Positions 12,310-25,339 of a stretch of 64,000 nucleotides of DNA are shown piece by piece. Below the pieces are notes generated by a model. That model was not told the DNA's origin, did not search any database, and saw nothing but the letters and a program-made list of their open reading frames with translations. The position numbers and the translations under genes were made by a program. Position 1 is the stretch's first letter, and every line of letters begins with the position of its first letter. Origin of the DNA: Octopus sinensis (lineage: Eukaryota); contig NC_043005.1 of the NCBI RefSeq assembly GCF_006345805.1, positions 51,398,001 to 51,462,000 on the forward strand. The letters run 5' to 3'.

Positions 12310-13705
12310 ATATATATACATACATATATATACATACCATGACAGTGCCATCTTTTACTTGTTTCAGTCATTTGACTGCGGCCATGCTGGAGCACCGCCT
12401 TTAGTCGAGCAAATTGACCCCAGGACTTATTCTTTGTAAGCCTAGTAATTATTCTATCGGCCTCTTTTGCCGAGCCGCTAAGTTACGGAGACGTAAACAC
12501 ACCAGCATCGGTTGTCAAGCGATGTTGGGGACAAACATATACACACACATACATATATCTGTATATATATATATATACGACGGGCTTCTTTCAGTTTCCG
12601 CCTATCATATCCACTCACAAGGCTTTGGTCGGCTCGAGGCTATAGTAGAAGACACTTGCCCAAGGTGCCACGCAATGGGAATGAACCCAGAACCATGTGG
12701 TTGCTGTGTTGTAAGAAGCTTGCTTCCCAACCACATGGTTCCGCTTTGCGACACCCTCGTCAGCTATTGACCCGAACTGACCAAAGCCTTGTGAGTGGAT
12801 TTGATAGACGGAAACTGAGAGAAACTCGTTGAATATATATGTGCGCGTGCGCGTGCACGTTCACGCCTATCTGCGTTTGTTTCACTACCACCGCTTGATA
12901 ACCGGTGTAGGTGTGATTACGTCCCCGTAACTTAGCGGTTCGGCGACCGATAGAATAAGTACTAGGCTTTATAAAAAAGGCTTCAAGGCGGTGTCCCAGC
13001 ATGGCCGCAGTCTAATAAGTGAAACAAGTAGAGGATAAAAAAAATATGGCTTATGGGTTAGTGGTTAGGGTGTTGAACTCACAATCATGGTTTCAATTCG
13101 TAGACTGGGCGGTGCGTTGTGATATTAAGAAAATCACTTCATCTCACGTTGCTCTGGGATCACTTCAACACCTGACCTTGGTAGACCGTATACCTGTTCA
13201 GACAACATTGATTTGATGGAGAGAATGATGTGTGTGTGTGTGTGTGTGTTGGTAACAAGCTTACTTCCCAAGCAAATGGTTCCAGGTTCAGTCCTACTGC
13301 ATGACACCTTGGACGAGTCTCTGTTGCTACGGCCTCGGGTCAACCAAAGCCTTGTGAGTGGATTTGGTAGACGGAAACTGAAAGAAGCCCGTCGTATATA
13401 TATGTGTGTGTGTCTTTGGGTCTGTGTTTGTCCGCCACTTCATCACCGCTTGACACCGGTGTTGGTGTGTTTTCCTCCCCAAAAGCGATTCAGCAGAAGA
13501 AAACGATAGAATAAGAACTAGGCTTTTAAAAGAAAAATAAGTCATGGGGGTCGATTTGTTTCGACTAAAACCCTTCGAGGCAGTGCTCCAGCATTGCCAC
13601 AGTCACCTGACTGAAACAAGTAAAAGAATAAAAGAATACTCATACGCACATAAAGAGTGCACTGCCCAGCTATTTATTTCCTCACAACTTTGAGAAACAT
13701 GAATA

Positions 13706-14207
13706 TCTTTATATATAAAAGTAAGGTTGTGTGTCTGTCTCCTACGATTTAGATTCCTAACTACTCCCACATTTTGCGGTGCAGTTTAACCAAAACCGGG
13801 TATCTTATAGTCGTGATTCATATCGAGCCCTTCTGACTATTAGCGCGCGTCAACGATGAGTCTACGATTTTTAAAATAATTTAACATCATTTTTTATTCC
13901 ATTTTAATGCATAAAATGCATCGTATGTCGATGGCGGCGGAGTTGGCGTCCACGCTCACAGCTGCACCTGTTTGCTTCTCCCCCTTCCCTCCCTCGTGAA
14001 GCTGTGGGGAAGGGAGTGTAAAGAAATCAACGTCGTAATGCGTTGTGAAGGAAACCAGCGTTCTTTTAGAACAACGACTTCATGGCTTGAAGACACCAAA
14101 ACAAAAATGGCTAAGAAAGCCCGAATTTATAAGGGAAGTAACTCTCTAAAAATGCTTATATAGTTATTTCCCTTACAAACCCGAGCAACGCCGGGCGATA
14201 CTGCTAG
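13706..14207 (+). mobile_element. Non-autonomous Helitron, copy 2 (extra ~200-bp internal segment)
   Basis: Same termini as copy 1. The internal segment ~13915-14125 is absent from the other copies. Confidence 0.85.
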
Positions 14208-14608
14208 TCTTTATATATAAAGAAGAGAGGTTGTGTGCTGTCTGTCTCCTACGATTTAGATTCCTAACTACTCCCACATTTTGCGGTGCAGTTTAACCAA
14301 AACCGGGTATCTTATAGTCGTGATTCATATCGAGCCCTTCTGGGTATTAGCGCGCGTCTACGATGAGTCTATGATTTAAAAAAAAATTCATCATCATTTT
14401 TTTCCATTTTAATGCATTTTTTCGCTATTATATAAGGGAAGTAACTCTCTAAAAATGTCTACGATGAGTCAACGATTTAAAAAAAATTTACCATCATTTT
14501 GTTTCCATTTTTAATGCATTTTTTGCTATTTTTTGGCTATAACTCTCTAAAAATGCTTATATAGTTATTTCCCTTACAAACCCGAGCAACGCCGGGCGAT
14601 ACTGCTAG
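14208..14608 (+). mobile_element. Non-autonomous Helitron, copy 3 (head-to-tail with copy 2)
   Basis: CTAG|TCTTTATATATAAA junction with no spacer; same 3' hairpin and CTAG end. Confidence 0.85.
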
Positions 14609-15411
14609 TTTTTCCAATAAACTTCCAACAGTGTACATCTGTAATTTCGTGTGAGCCTTTTTGGAAGGATCAAAGGCCTTTCTGAAATTCACGCGAATTG
14701 AATATGTTTTCTCATGAGTTTCAGGAAGAAGAATATTTTCTAATAAAAATTTCTACAAATACTTTCCAGATAGTGAGCAATATGGTTTTACCCGGAATAA
14801 ATCTAAAAATAAACACGTATTGGGTGAACGTGCGTATATACATTATGACGCATCCGTCATAATTTTTTTTTCAAAATTTCTATTGGTTGTATACGAGGAT
14901 TGTGTCCATTATGCAATCAATGGGCGACCAATAAAATTTCGCTCTTTTTTTGTGTGTGTGTTATTTTAGCTTTTGTATTGTTATCTGTTTCTTTACTACC
15001 CACAAGGGGCTAAACACAGAGAAGACAAACAAGGACAGACAAACGGATTAAGTCGATTACATCGACCCCTAGTACGTAACTGGTACTTATTTAATCGACC
15101 CCGAAAGGATGAAAGGCAAAGTCGACCTCGGCGGAATTTGAACTCAGAACGTAACGGCAGACGAAATACCTATTTCTTTATTACCCACAAGGGGCTAAAC
15201 ATAGAGGGGACAAACAAGGACAGACAAACGGATTAAGTCGATTACATCGACTCCCAGTACGTAACTGGTACTTATTTAATCGACCCCGAAAGGCTGAAAG
15301 GTAAAGTCGACCTCGGTGGAATTTGAACTCAGAACGTAATGGTTTAGACGAAATACGGCTACGCATTTCGCCCGGCCTGCTAACGTTTCTGCCAGCTCGC
15401 CGCCTTGCTTT

Positions 15412-15625
15412 TGGCGTTGTTATCGTCACTGCCGTCACTGCCGCCGCAGGCAATGTCGACACCACCGCAAGCACCGTCGACACCGCCGCAAGCACCGTCG
15501 ACACCGCCGCAAGCGCCGTCGTCATCATGGACGTTCTAGTTGCTTCCATTAATGTCGTTGTCGTCGATTTCCACACCGCGGCCGTCGTCGTCGCCGTCAT
15601 CGCTGTTGTCGTCGTCGCAGCAATC
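15412..15625. repeat. GC-rich degenerate trinucleotide tract with a 21-bp tandem repeat x3 (GTCGACACCGCCGCAAGCACC)
   Basis: Units start at 15455, 15476 and 15497. Confidence 0.85.
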
Positions 15626-16397
15626 ACCAACTTCGTTTGTTTTGCCAATCAACATCGTAATAGTCACTATTTCAATGTGTGAAAGAATCAAATGACTATC
15701 AATTATGACGTCACTTTGACTTCTATATACATAAACATACATGCTCTTTACTCTTTTACTCTTTTATTTGTTTCAGTCATTTGACTGCGGCCATGCTGGA
15801 GCACCGTCTTTAATCGACCCCGGGACTTATTCTTTTGTAAGCCCAGTACTTATTCTATCGGTCTCTTTTGCCGAACCGCTAAGTTACGGGGACATAAACA
15901 CACCAACATCGGCTGTCATGCTACGGGGACAAACACAGACACACAAACACACACACGCATACATATATATACATATATACGACGGGCTTCTTTTCAGTTT
16001 CCGTCTACCAAATCCCGAGGCTATAGTAGAAAACACTTGCCCAAGGTGCCACACAGTGGGACTGAACCCGGAACCATGTGATTGGTAAACAAGCTACTTA
16101 CCACACAGCCACGCCTGCGCTATACATACATACATACATACAAACATACTCTTATACTCTTTTACTTGTTTCAGTCATGTGACTGCGGCCATGCTGGAGC
16201 ACCGCCTTTAGTCGAACAAATCGACCTCAGGACTTATTCTTTGTAGGCCTAGTACTTATTCTATCGGTTTCTTTTGCCGAACTGCTAAGTGATGGGGACG
16301 TAAACACGCCAGCATCGGTTGCCAAGCGATGTTGGGGGCACAAGCACAGATACACAAACATATACGCACAAATACATATTTTCATATATTATATATA

Positions 16398-16456
<59 letters not shown>

Positions 16457-16739
16457 ATATACATATATACGACGGGCTTCTTTCAGTTTCCGTCTACCAA
16501 ATCCACTCACAAGGCTTTGGTCGGCCCGAGGCTATAGTAGAAGACACTTGCCCAAGGTGCCACGCAGTGGGACTGAACCCGAAACCATGTGGTTGGTAAG
16601 CAAGCTACTTACCACACACCCACACAAACATACATATGTAACAATTGTATGTAGCAAATAACTGAGAGAAAGAAAGCATTATTAGTTAAAATGGTCCCTT
16701 ATTTGTTCGTGAGAGTGTAAGATGCAACTTCCTTCAGGT

Positions 16740-17147
16740 TGAGTGGCTGTGTGGTAAGTAGCTTGCTTACGAACCACATGGTTCTGGGCTCAGTCCCACT
16801 GCGTGGCACCTTGGGCAAGTGTCTTTTACTATAGCCTCGGGTCGACCAAAGCCTTGTGAGTGGATTTGGTAGACGGAAACTGAAAGAGGCCCGTCGTATA
16901 TATGTATATATAGATATATGTATGTGTGTGTGTATATGTTTGTGTGTCTGTGTTTGTCCCCCCCCCCCAACATGGCTTGACAACCGATGCTGGCTGGTGT
17001 GTCTCCGTAACTTAGCGGTTCGGCAAAAGGGACCGAAAGAGTAAGTACTAGGCTTACAAAGAATAAGTCCTGGGGGTCGATTTGCTCGACTAAAGGCGGT
17101 GCTCCAGCATGGCCACAATCATATGGCTGAAACAAGTAAAAGAGTAA
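16740..17147 (+). mobile_element. SINE family B copy
   Basis: Head, CORE-like block, microsatellite and TAAAAGAG tail. Confidence 0.85.
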
Positions 17148-19060
17148 ATGATTATTTGCAGTTCTGTGACCCCATTCTGTTGGTAGTTAAGTTCATCATG
17201 TGTTGACTGATTGATAGAAGAACGGATGGAAGAAGAGGAGTGGAACAAGTAGGAGAATTTGACCTCTCTGTGCTGACAAGTAAAGAAGGCGAAAGTTGTA
17301 TTGTCCAGCAGAGAAAGGAAAAGCAGAAATATGTGCTCTTTGGGACAGGTGCCCAGTGAAAGAGACAGAACGATTTGGGGTTCAGTGTTTTGGGTTCTTT
17401 TTTTACTAACTTAAATTAGGTCAGGCTGAACAAAGGATATTTCGCGTGTGATCTGTCTTTGAACCTAAGAACGTTCAATAGAACTTAACTAACTGAATTT
17501 CTAAGTGCAAAAGTTGAGAACAATAGAAAGAAGATTTGTAGAAATATCTAGACTGGGTTTCAAACATTGCCTAAAATCTAGGACTCTATTCGTTACACAT
17601 ACATACATACAACTGGATCCCATTATACAGGTAAACCGTTGCTTAATTATATATATATGTGGATCAATGTTGTATCGAAAACGTTTATTAAATAGCTGTC
17701 TAAACGTACTGAACGCTATTTGTTCAATTTTACACACACACACACACACACATATATATATGTGTGTGTGTGTGTGTATACATACATATATGGAGGCGCA
17801 ATGGCCTAGTGGTTAGGGAAGCGGACTCGCGGTCGCAGGATCGCGGTTTCGATTCCCAGACCGGGCGTTGTGTGTGTTTATTGAGCGAAAACACCTAAAA
17901 GCTCCACGCGGCTCCGGCAGGGGGTGGTGATCCCTGCTGTACTCTTTCACCACTCTTTCTTCTGTTGGCCTGCTCGCTTAGCCAGCGGGGTGGCGTCATT
18001 CGAAGGCTAAAACAATGCGAACGCATTGTGACCAGCGATGTGTAACAACATTTGATGGTCTGATCGGTCACGTGATCACGTGATCACATACATATATATA
18101 AATATATGCGGAGACCCCCTTCGGTTATGTCAGACCATGGGATTGCACCTAGGAAGTTACTCTCCCAGGCACAAGTCCGGGCAAGGTTGTTTATGGAAGA
18201 CCAGCAGTCGCCCATGCATACTGGCCTCCTCTCTCCACGCCACCAGTGTTATCCAAAGGAAAGGCAAAGGCTGATACAGCCAACCCATTTCTACAGCTGA
18301 ACGAACTGGGACAACGTGAAATAAAGTGTCTTGCTCAAGAACACAACACGCAGCCCGGTCCAGGATTCGAACTCACAACCTCACTATCGTAAGCTCGACG
18401 TATGTATGTATGTATGTATGTTATGGCTTAGTGTAGCTCAAACTGCATTATCCAATGTGTTTGTCATTTATTTTAAAACAGTTGGATGCGGGAGCCTAGG
18501 CTGCTATTTCTAGGATGTGTAGTGACCACAAAAAGGCGCTCTCGTGTTTCTTAATGAGGTGTTAAGTATTTTGTGTGTAACTGTATATACACGCACATGC
18601 ACGCGCGGGCGCGTATGCACACACACACACACGCACACACACACACACACACACACACGCGCGCGCGCACGCAGGCACACACACGCAAAAACGGTATGTT
18701 TGGTATGTACGAATTATGTCAGCACGTGCGTAAGTGTAATGGTACATGTGTGTGGGTGTGAGTGTGTATGTGTGTGGTAGGTATAATGGTACATGTGTGT
18801 GTCTGTGTCTGTGTGTGTGTATGTGAGGGTGTATGTGTGAGCCTCTGTATAGTAATGGTATGTGATGTTATGCAAGGAGCGTAGTATTTCTGTGTCTGGG
18901 TGACCTGGGGGTACGTATGCGATATATGTCAGCGGTTTTCTGACAGATATCAGTTAACCCTCCAATCATAACTGCACGCCGCCTGCCCCGAATCATTTTG
19001 CCCCCTCCCCCCAAATCCGCTACTCTACCAATTAGAAAACAGTAAAGATTTTGTGTCTAT

Positions 19061-19096
<36 letters not shown>

Positions 19097-19151
19097 TGTA
19101 TACATATTGTATACATATATATCGTATATATATATATATATATATATATAT

Positions 19152-20279
19152 AAGTTTTCTTCGAAGTATACGTCTCGCTTTTATCCTTCGAAACGTTTAG
19201 TAGATGAAACCTTAGCGACTGAAGAAGGGGATTTTTCGTTGTGCTTATTGTCCTGTATCTCTTTTTTTGCTTGTCTTGTTCCTTGGTTTGTGTCTATGTT
19301 TTTCGTCTCTCTATGTGTTCGACGTCTTTTTGGTGTCCTGTACACATATATGCGTGTATATGTACATGTAGAGGTAGGTACGTACATATATGTTTATATA
19401 TATGCATATGTTCTATTTTATTAACATATTATACGACTAAACGCACGCACCTACTAAGTAAGATTGTTCTGTTTATCAAGTTAGCCTTGATATTACTCTC
19501 ACGCGCTCTGCATCTTTCTTTCTTTCTCTCCCATTCCCTTTTCGTCTTTTTTCCCTCACTTAACTTGTCTCTTCCTCTCTCCTCTCATTCTTCATTCTCT
19601 CTCTCCCTTTCACCATTCTTCATGGTCTCCTCGCACCATTCCCCTTCTTCTTCTCTCTCTTCCTCTTGCTCCTCCTCCCCCATTCCTCGTCCATCTGCGA
19701 CGATACTTCCGTCGTAACTGCTATCCTGTCTTTTCTCGCCCGCCTTCTAAGGCTACTGGTCGACAATTTTTCTCTCTCGTCGTCCACTATAATCCAGCGT
19801 TTGCAATACTTTTTTCGTCTGGCGTTAACAGCCCTTCTCATCTTGTTCTCCTTGTCCTGTCTCCCACTGTTATATATTTATTTTTCCACTGTTTATATAT
19901 ATATTTTTTACTGTTTATATGTTTGTACTGTCGTTACCGTCTTGCTTTTTTTACCCCTCTGCGAAAAGATCTCAGAATTTTAATTGATTTGCTTTTCGCA
20001 GGAAGGAAGCTTTCTTCGAAGTATACGTCTCGCTTTTATCCTTCGAAACGTTTAGTAGATGAAACCTTAGCGACTGAAGAAGGGGTTTTTCGTTGTGCTT
20101 ATTGTCCTGTATCTCTTTTTTTGCTTGTCTTGTTCCTTGGTTTGTGTCTATGTTTTTCGTCTCTCTATGTGTTCGACGTCTTTTTGTGTCCTGTACACAT
20201 ATATGCGTTGTATATGTACATGTAGAGGTAGGTACGTACATATATGTTTATATATATGCATATGTTCTATTTTATTAAC

Positions 20280-20282
<3 letters not shown>
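19152..20282 (+). mobile_element. LTR/pLTR-like unit: two ~275-bp direct repeats flanking ~580 bp of non-coding sequence
   Basis: 19152-19428 and 20007-20282 are near-identical (period ~855 bp). Related single copies occur at 37698, 38175(-) and 51571. Confidence 0.7.
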
Positions 20283-20317
<35 letters not shown>

Positions 20318-20419
20318 TTATATATACATATGTATATATGTATATAGACATATATGTATGCATACATATATATACACACACATATTTATGTACATATATA
20401 TGTACACACACACATATAT

Positions 20420-21420
20420 ATATTGTACTGTTTTGCTGGAATTTTCACCAATGCTAAGTGAAACATCATTCACCGCTTGTGATTATGTCGAATTTATAGA
20501 GCGTATGTTAAGTATCTATAACAAAAATTTAGAAAATGTACCTATTACCAGAGATAATACTGAACTGAACAAATCTATAGCGAATTTGTGTAGAATACCA
20601 TTGATTGGATGCGCCTCTCATAAATTCAATCTACCTGTTTCTGCTTATCTCGACAAGCAGGAATTTCTGCTTGGTAAGATTAATATGTTGATGGGCAAGC
20701 TAAATTTATTAAAACTTGCAGGTAAATTTCGGGAAAAAATGCCCGTTGGTCCAGTACTTTTGACATGATTGAAAGGTACATCCAATTCAAGCCGTTTTGA
20801 CACTCTTTTCAAGGTGATCCAAAGCTGGTTGACTGTTGACTCCACGCGATCATATTAATCTGCGGGCTCTAAAAGATAATTTTGGGAAGTTACACTCAGT
20901 AACAGTCGCCTTGCAAAGAACAGAAGTAGATTTGGGAGATGCTCGAATTCTTTTTGACGAAATTCTTACATTGTATCCTTAAGAGGGGTTTTAAAAATAT
21001 TTGCTTCCATCGGCAGCCATTTTGCACAGCCCAAATTTTGAAAGTAGAGTTGTGAAAATTTTACATCTAGAAACAGAGCTAATAGTGGATGAAGTTGCTG
21101 CTATACATCAGCTGAAAGTGGTAACAGACACGTCACAACAGTCTGATTTACCTGTAGAAGGCGATGATTTTGTTTCAATTTATTTCAAAAAACACAAAAA
21201 AGATAAAATTTTAACTCAGCACTATCTGAACTGTAGATTTTTGTTACCAACGTCCAACATCTTGGAACGTTTCTTCATCTCAGCAGATTGCGCTTTTAAT
21301 GATTTAAATCATTAAAATACTTAACAGTAATGAATTTAGAAATGCAGTTATTTCTAAAAGTCAATCGCACTTTCTGGGATGAAGACCAAGCTTCAGAAAT
21401 CTGCAATCGTTCATGACCTT
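20420..21420 (+). pseudogene. Decayed hAT-superfamily transposase (C-terminal part)
   Basis: IPLIGCASHKFNL (hAT CxxH motif) followed by a dimerisation-domain-like YLNCRFLLPTSNILERFF...MNLEMQLFLKVNRTFWD, across frameshifts and stops. Confidence 0.8.
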
Positions 21421-21799
21421 TTGCTATATTAGAACATTTTAATTGTGCTACTCGTTTGAGAAACTCTTTCAATTAAAGACCTTCTATTTATTTGTTTTTC
21501 AACTACTGTACAGCGTAGAGTATACATGTTGTTTGTTCCCTATTCTAAATCAATAAAACTGAACTTTGAACGTTTTCTGATAATAAAGTTTTTTGAAACT
21601 ATGAGACATGCTTTTTTATTTTCCTATCGTCTTGGCTCTTATCTAAATCGAAGCTAACACTCCAAAATATATGGTGTTTTTACGTTCGATAAAATAATTG
21701 GCAATTAATTGCAATAACTGATTGGTCTGTATCCCAATTAAAATTAATTGATTGGAAAGCTTCCAATCAGTTATTTACAACCTCTGGACAAAAGAGGTT

Positions 21800-22300
21800 C
21801 AAGGACGGTAGAGAGAGATGGTGAGACGATGAGAAGTTTAGGAAAAAAAGGGATGTCAGAACATCGAAGCTAGTTGAGATAATTCGCAATTTTCTGGATG
21901 AAGACGGCCATGTGTCTACAGAGACAATAAACATACAGCCCCTAGAGATGGTGTGACAACGGTACATAAAAATTTTCATGAAGATTAGGACATGAGCAAA
22001 ATTTGTGTAAAGTTTGTTCCTAGGATGCTCAGTGACGAGCATTCTAGTAACCAACTACTTGACAAAAATGGACTGTCGGTCACCCTCTCTTCAGCCCAGA
22101 CCTTTCTCCTTGTGACTTTCGGTTGTTCTCCAAGCTGAAGGAGAACTTCAGCGACAATCGTTTTGAAGATGAAGAAGGCTGTGAGAAAGGTCCTTGACAC
22201 CTTCACTTTTGAGGACTTCTATGGGGTCTTCATGAAGTGGCCAGAGCGCTACAAGTACATTGAAGTCAGAGGATCCTAGTGTGAAGGAAATTAGAGTTTT
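21800..22300 (+). pseudogene. Decayed mariner transposase remnant
   Basis: KFVPRMLSDEH (WVPHEL-equivalent) and SPDLSPCDF.LFSKLKE (YSPDLAPxD motif), with frameshifts and an internal deletion. Confidence 0.8.
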
Positions 22301-22444
22301 CTACTTCTTTGAAATTATTAATGAAATTATTAATTACACTTACACACATACACGCGCGCGCGCGCACACACATACGACCGCGTGTGTACCGTTGGCGATT
22401 TTTTTTCCTCTGTCTTCCCTTCTCTGGATCTTTCCTTCTCCTAT

Positions 22445-22479
22445 GTTTCCGACGAAGAGCTCCGCTCGAAACGTTAAAC
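22445..22479 (+). ncRNA. Minimal type I hammerhead ribozyme motif (PLE-type), U4C variant
   Basis: GTTT-CCGACGA-A-GAGC-TCC-GCTC-GAAAC-GTT-AAAC. Stem I is GTTT/AAAC, stem II is GAGC/GCTC and stem III is the palindrome ACGT. Confidence 0.7.
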
Positions 22480-22684
22480 CCTCCTCTTCCCTTCTTTCCT
22501 GTGCGTCCAATAATACTATATTTGTTCCACGTCCTCGCGTTGTTGTGTTTTTTTGTGCTTTCATGTTTGGATTAACTATATATATATACATATATACGAC
22601 GGACTTCTTTCAGTTTCTGTCTACCAAATCCACTCACAAGGCTTCGGTCGGCCCGAGGCTATAGTAGAAAAAAAAACGGTGGGC

Positions 22685-23015
22685 GTGCATAAATACCGGC
22701 AGTCCGTCGGTTACGATGACAAGTGTTCCAGTTGATCCGATCAATGGAACAACCTGCTCATGGAATTAACGTACAAATGGCTGAACACTCCACAGACACG
22801 CGTATCCTTAACATAGTTCCCAGAAAGAATCAGCGTGACAAAGAATGTGACGTGGCTGGCCCTTTAAAATACAGCTACAACTCATATTTTGCCAGTGAGT
22901 GGAACGGAGCAACGTGAAATAAAGTGTCTTGTTTAAGGACAACGCGACACTAGGTATCGAACTCACGACCTTGCGATCGTGAGCCGAATACCCTAACCAT
23001 TAAGCTACGCGCATA
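22685..23015 (-). mobile_element. tRNA-derived SINE family D
   Basis: Family head GCGCGTGGCTTAGTGGTTAGGG...GTGAGTTCGATTCC and a CORE-like TGTGTCCTTGAGCAAGACAC block (diverged in this copy). Other copies: 13040-13210(+), 18100-18400, 34495-34790, 42860-43090, 55663-55986. Confidence 0.8.
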
Positions 23016-23318
23016 TTTACATAGTGGCACACATCACAATGGCCACTCGTGTGAATTACCCGAATCTCCTCTCACCGCCTCCGAATTTTTTTTTTTTCTT
23101 ACCACCTCCGAAATCTTTTTTTTTTTTGTTTTGTTTTTTCATCGGAATTTACACCATCTGAAAGGAATTTGTAGAAAATTTCATTGGAAAAATACCCCTT
23201 TTTCTGAAAGTTTTGAGGAAACAAAGTTAGTAGGAGGAAGTACATTTGTGTAGGTATGCCTGATCTGGAATAACCAGAACAACCACAATCTTTCAGGTCA
23301 CCACTGAACATAACCAAT

Positions 23319-23486
23319 CAGGCGCGGTCCCAGGAATTTTTAGAAGAGAGGGCACAAGGTCAGAAGGGAATACAATTCCGGGAGAAAAGGGTGTAATAAC
23401 ATTATTTAGGACGCACTTCTTTTCTTGAGGCTGGGGTGAGGGGGAACATGCCTCTCAGCCTTCCCTCCACTTTGGGTCTGCCCCTG
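23319..23486. mobile_element. 168-bp MITE with CAGG...CCTG termini and a 5-bp TSD (CCAAT)
   Basis: CCAAT occurs at 23314-23318 and 23487-23491. The termini CAGGCGCGGTCCCAG / TTGGGTCTGCCCCTG are imperfect TIRs. Confidence 0.7.
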
Positions 23487-24639
23487 CCAATACTTCTAAA
23501 ATAACGTAACCGCTGGCAACACCAACAAGGAAGTCCCTTACGCAGTCGTTCAACAGGAGTGTATACGGAACAAGTGCACCTCATAAAATTTGGGGTGGGT
23601 GCAAAATCAAAACTTGCACCCCAACTTATTTTTCTTAGGTTTAGAAAACTGCGTAAAAAGTGATCTGTAAAAAGTAACTTGAAGTTAGGTTTCTTCTCAA
23701 AGAACAAAGAACAAAAATAAATAAATAAATAAGTAAAAACAATAAAACTGTGATTGTAAAAAAATTATGGACCTGGATTTGCTCCCCCTAAGCGATTTTT
23801 CGTTTCCGAGCCACTGTAAAAATAGCGGTCAAATTACCTATTTCTTTACTACCCACACGGGGCTAAACATAGAGGAGACAAACAAGGATAGACAAACGGA
23901 TTAAGTCGATTATATCGACCCCAGTGCGTAACTGGTACTTACTTAACCGACCCCGAAAGGATGAAAGGCAAAGTCGACCTTGGTGGAATTTGAACTCAGA
24001 ACGTAGCGGCAGACGAAATACGGCTACGCATTTCGCCCGGCGTGCTAACGTTTCCGCCAACTCACCGCCTTCTATAGCGGGCAAATTACTCTCCATTTAT
24101 AACTCTTACTCTTTTACTCTTTTACTTGTTTCAATCATTTGACTGTGGCCATGCTGGAGCAGCGCCTTTAGTCGAACAAATCAACCCCAGGACTTACTCT
24201 TTGTAAGCCTAGTACTTATTCTATCGGTCTCTTTTGCCGAACCGTTAAGTTACGAGAACGTAAAGACACCAGCATCAGTCGTCAAGCGATATTGGAGGGA
24301 CAAACACAGGCACAAAAACATATACACACACGAAATGATGAAAGGAAACGTCGACCTCGGCGGAATTTGAACTCAGAACGTAACGGCAGACGAAATACCT
24401 CTTTCTTTACTACCCACAAGGGGCTAAACACAAAGGAGACAAACAAGGACAGACATGCAGACTGATTAAGTCGATTATATCGACCCTAGTGCGTAACTGG
24501 TACTTATTTAATCGACCCCGAAAGGATGAAAGGCAAAGTCGACTTCGGCGAATTTAGAACTCAGAACGTAACGGTAGACGAAATAACGCTAAGCATTTCG
24601 CCCGGCGTGCTAACGTTTCTGCCAGCTCGATTACCACCA

Positions 24640-24985
24640 CTAATACTACTACTACTACTACCACCACCACCACAACCACCACTATTACCACACCCACCAT
24701 CACCACCACCGCAACTCATGAAACAAAAACGTCATCACTAGCACTACAACCACCATAAACTATTAACAATACAAACGTTATTACTACTACGACTACTATC
24801 ACTACAACCGCCACCATAACTAACGATGTGGAAAAAAAAAAAGAACAAAACGTTATCGTCACCTCCATAACAGCTTTTAGCGATATGAAATGTCACTACC
24901 ATCATTATTAACCATGAAATAAAACGTCACGCCACCGTCAAAAATAAAAACGAACGCCACCATCACAACCACAGCGACTATCAGT
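24640..24985. repeat. Degenerate (ACC/ACT/ATC)n trinucleotide tract
   Basis: Directly visible. Confidence 0.8.
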
Positions 24986-25287
24986 AAAATCCAGCATTAT
25001 CTTTCAGCGTAGCTATCATAGCAATTCGTGAAAATAAACAAGCATCAGAGAAAAGAGGGCCGTAAAAAAATTATAGAGATACCCGGCACCACCGTCGTTC
25101 CCATTAACACCTATTATCCAGAATAGCTTGTGAGTTTTTTTTAACCGCCGCCACGAACTGCAGCCACCGTCGTCATTGCCGCCACCACCACCCGTTCTGC
25201 AAATATAGTAACATCTTCCACCCAAAAGACAACGCACAGTGATAGACATCATACATACAGAAATACACACACACAGATACGTGGGCA

Positions 25288-25339
<52 letters not shown>

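Noticed and set aside
15412-15625. GC-rich tract with long ORFs on both strands as a foreign gene
   Set aside because: A low-complexity trinucleotide and 21-bp repeat explains the lack of stops.
17210-17375. Purine-rich ~45-codon open stretch as an exon
   Set aside because: No convincing flanking splice pair and no recognisable peptide.
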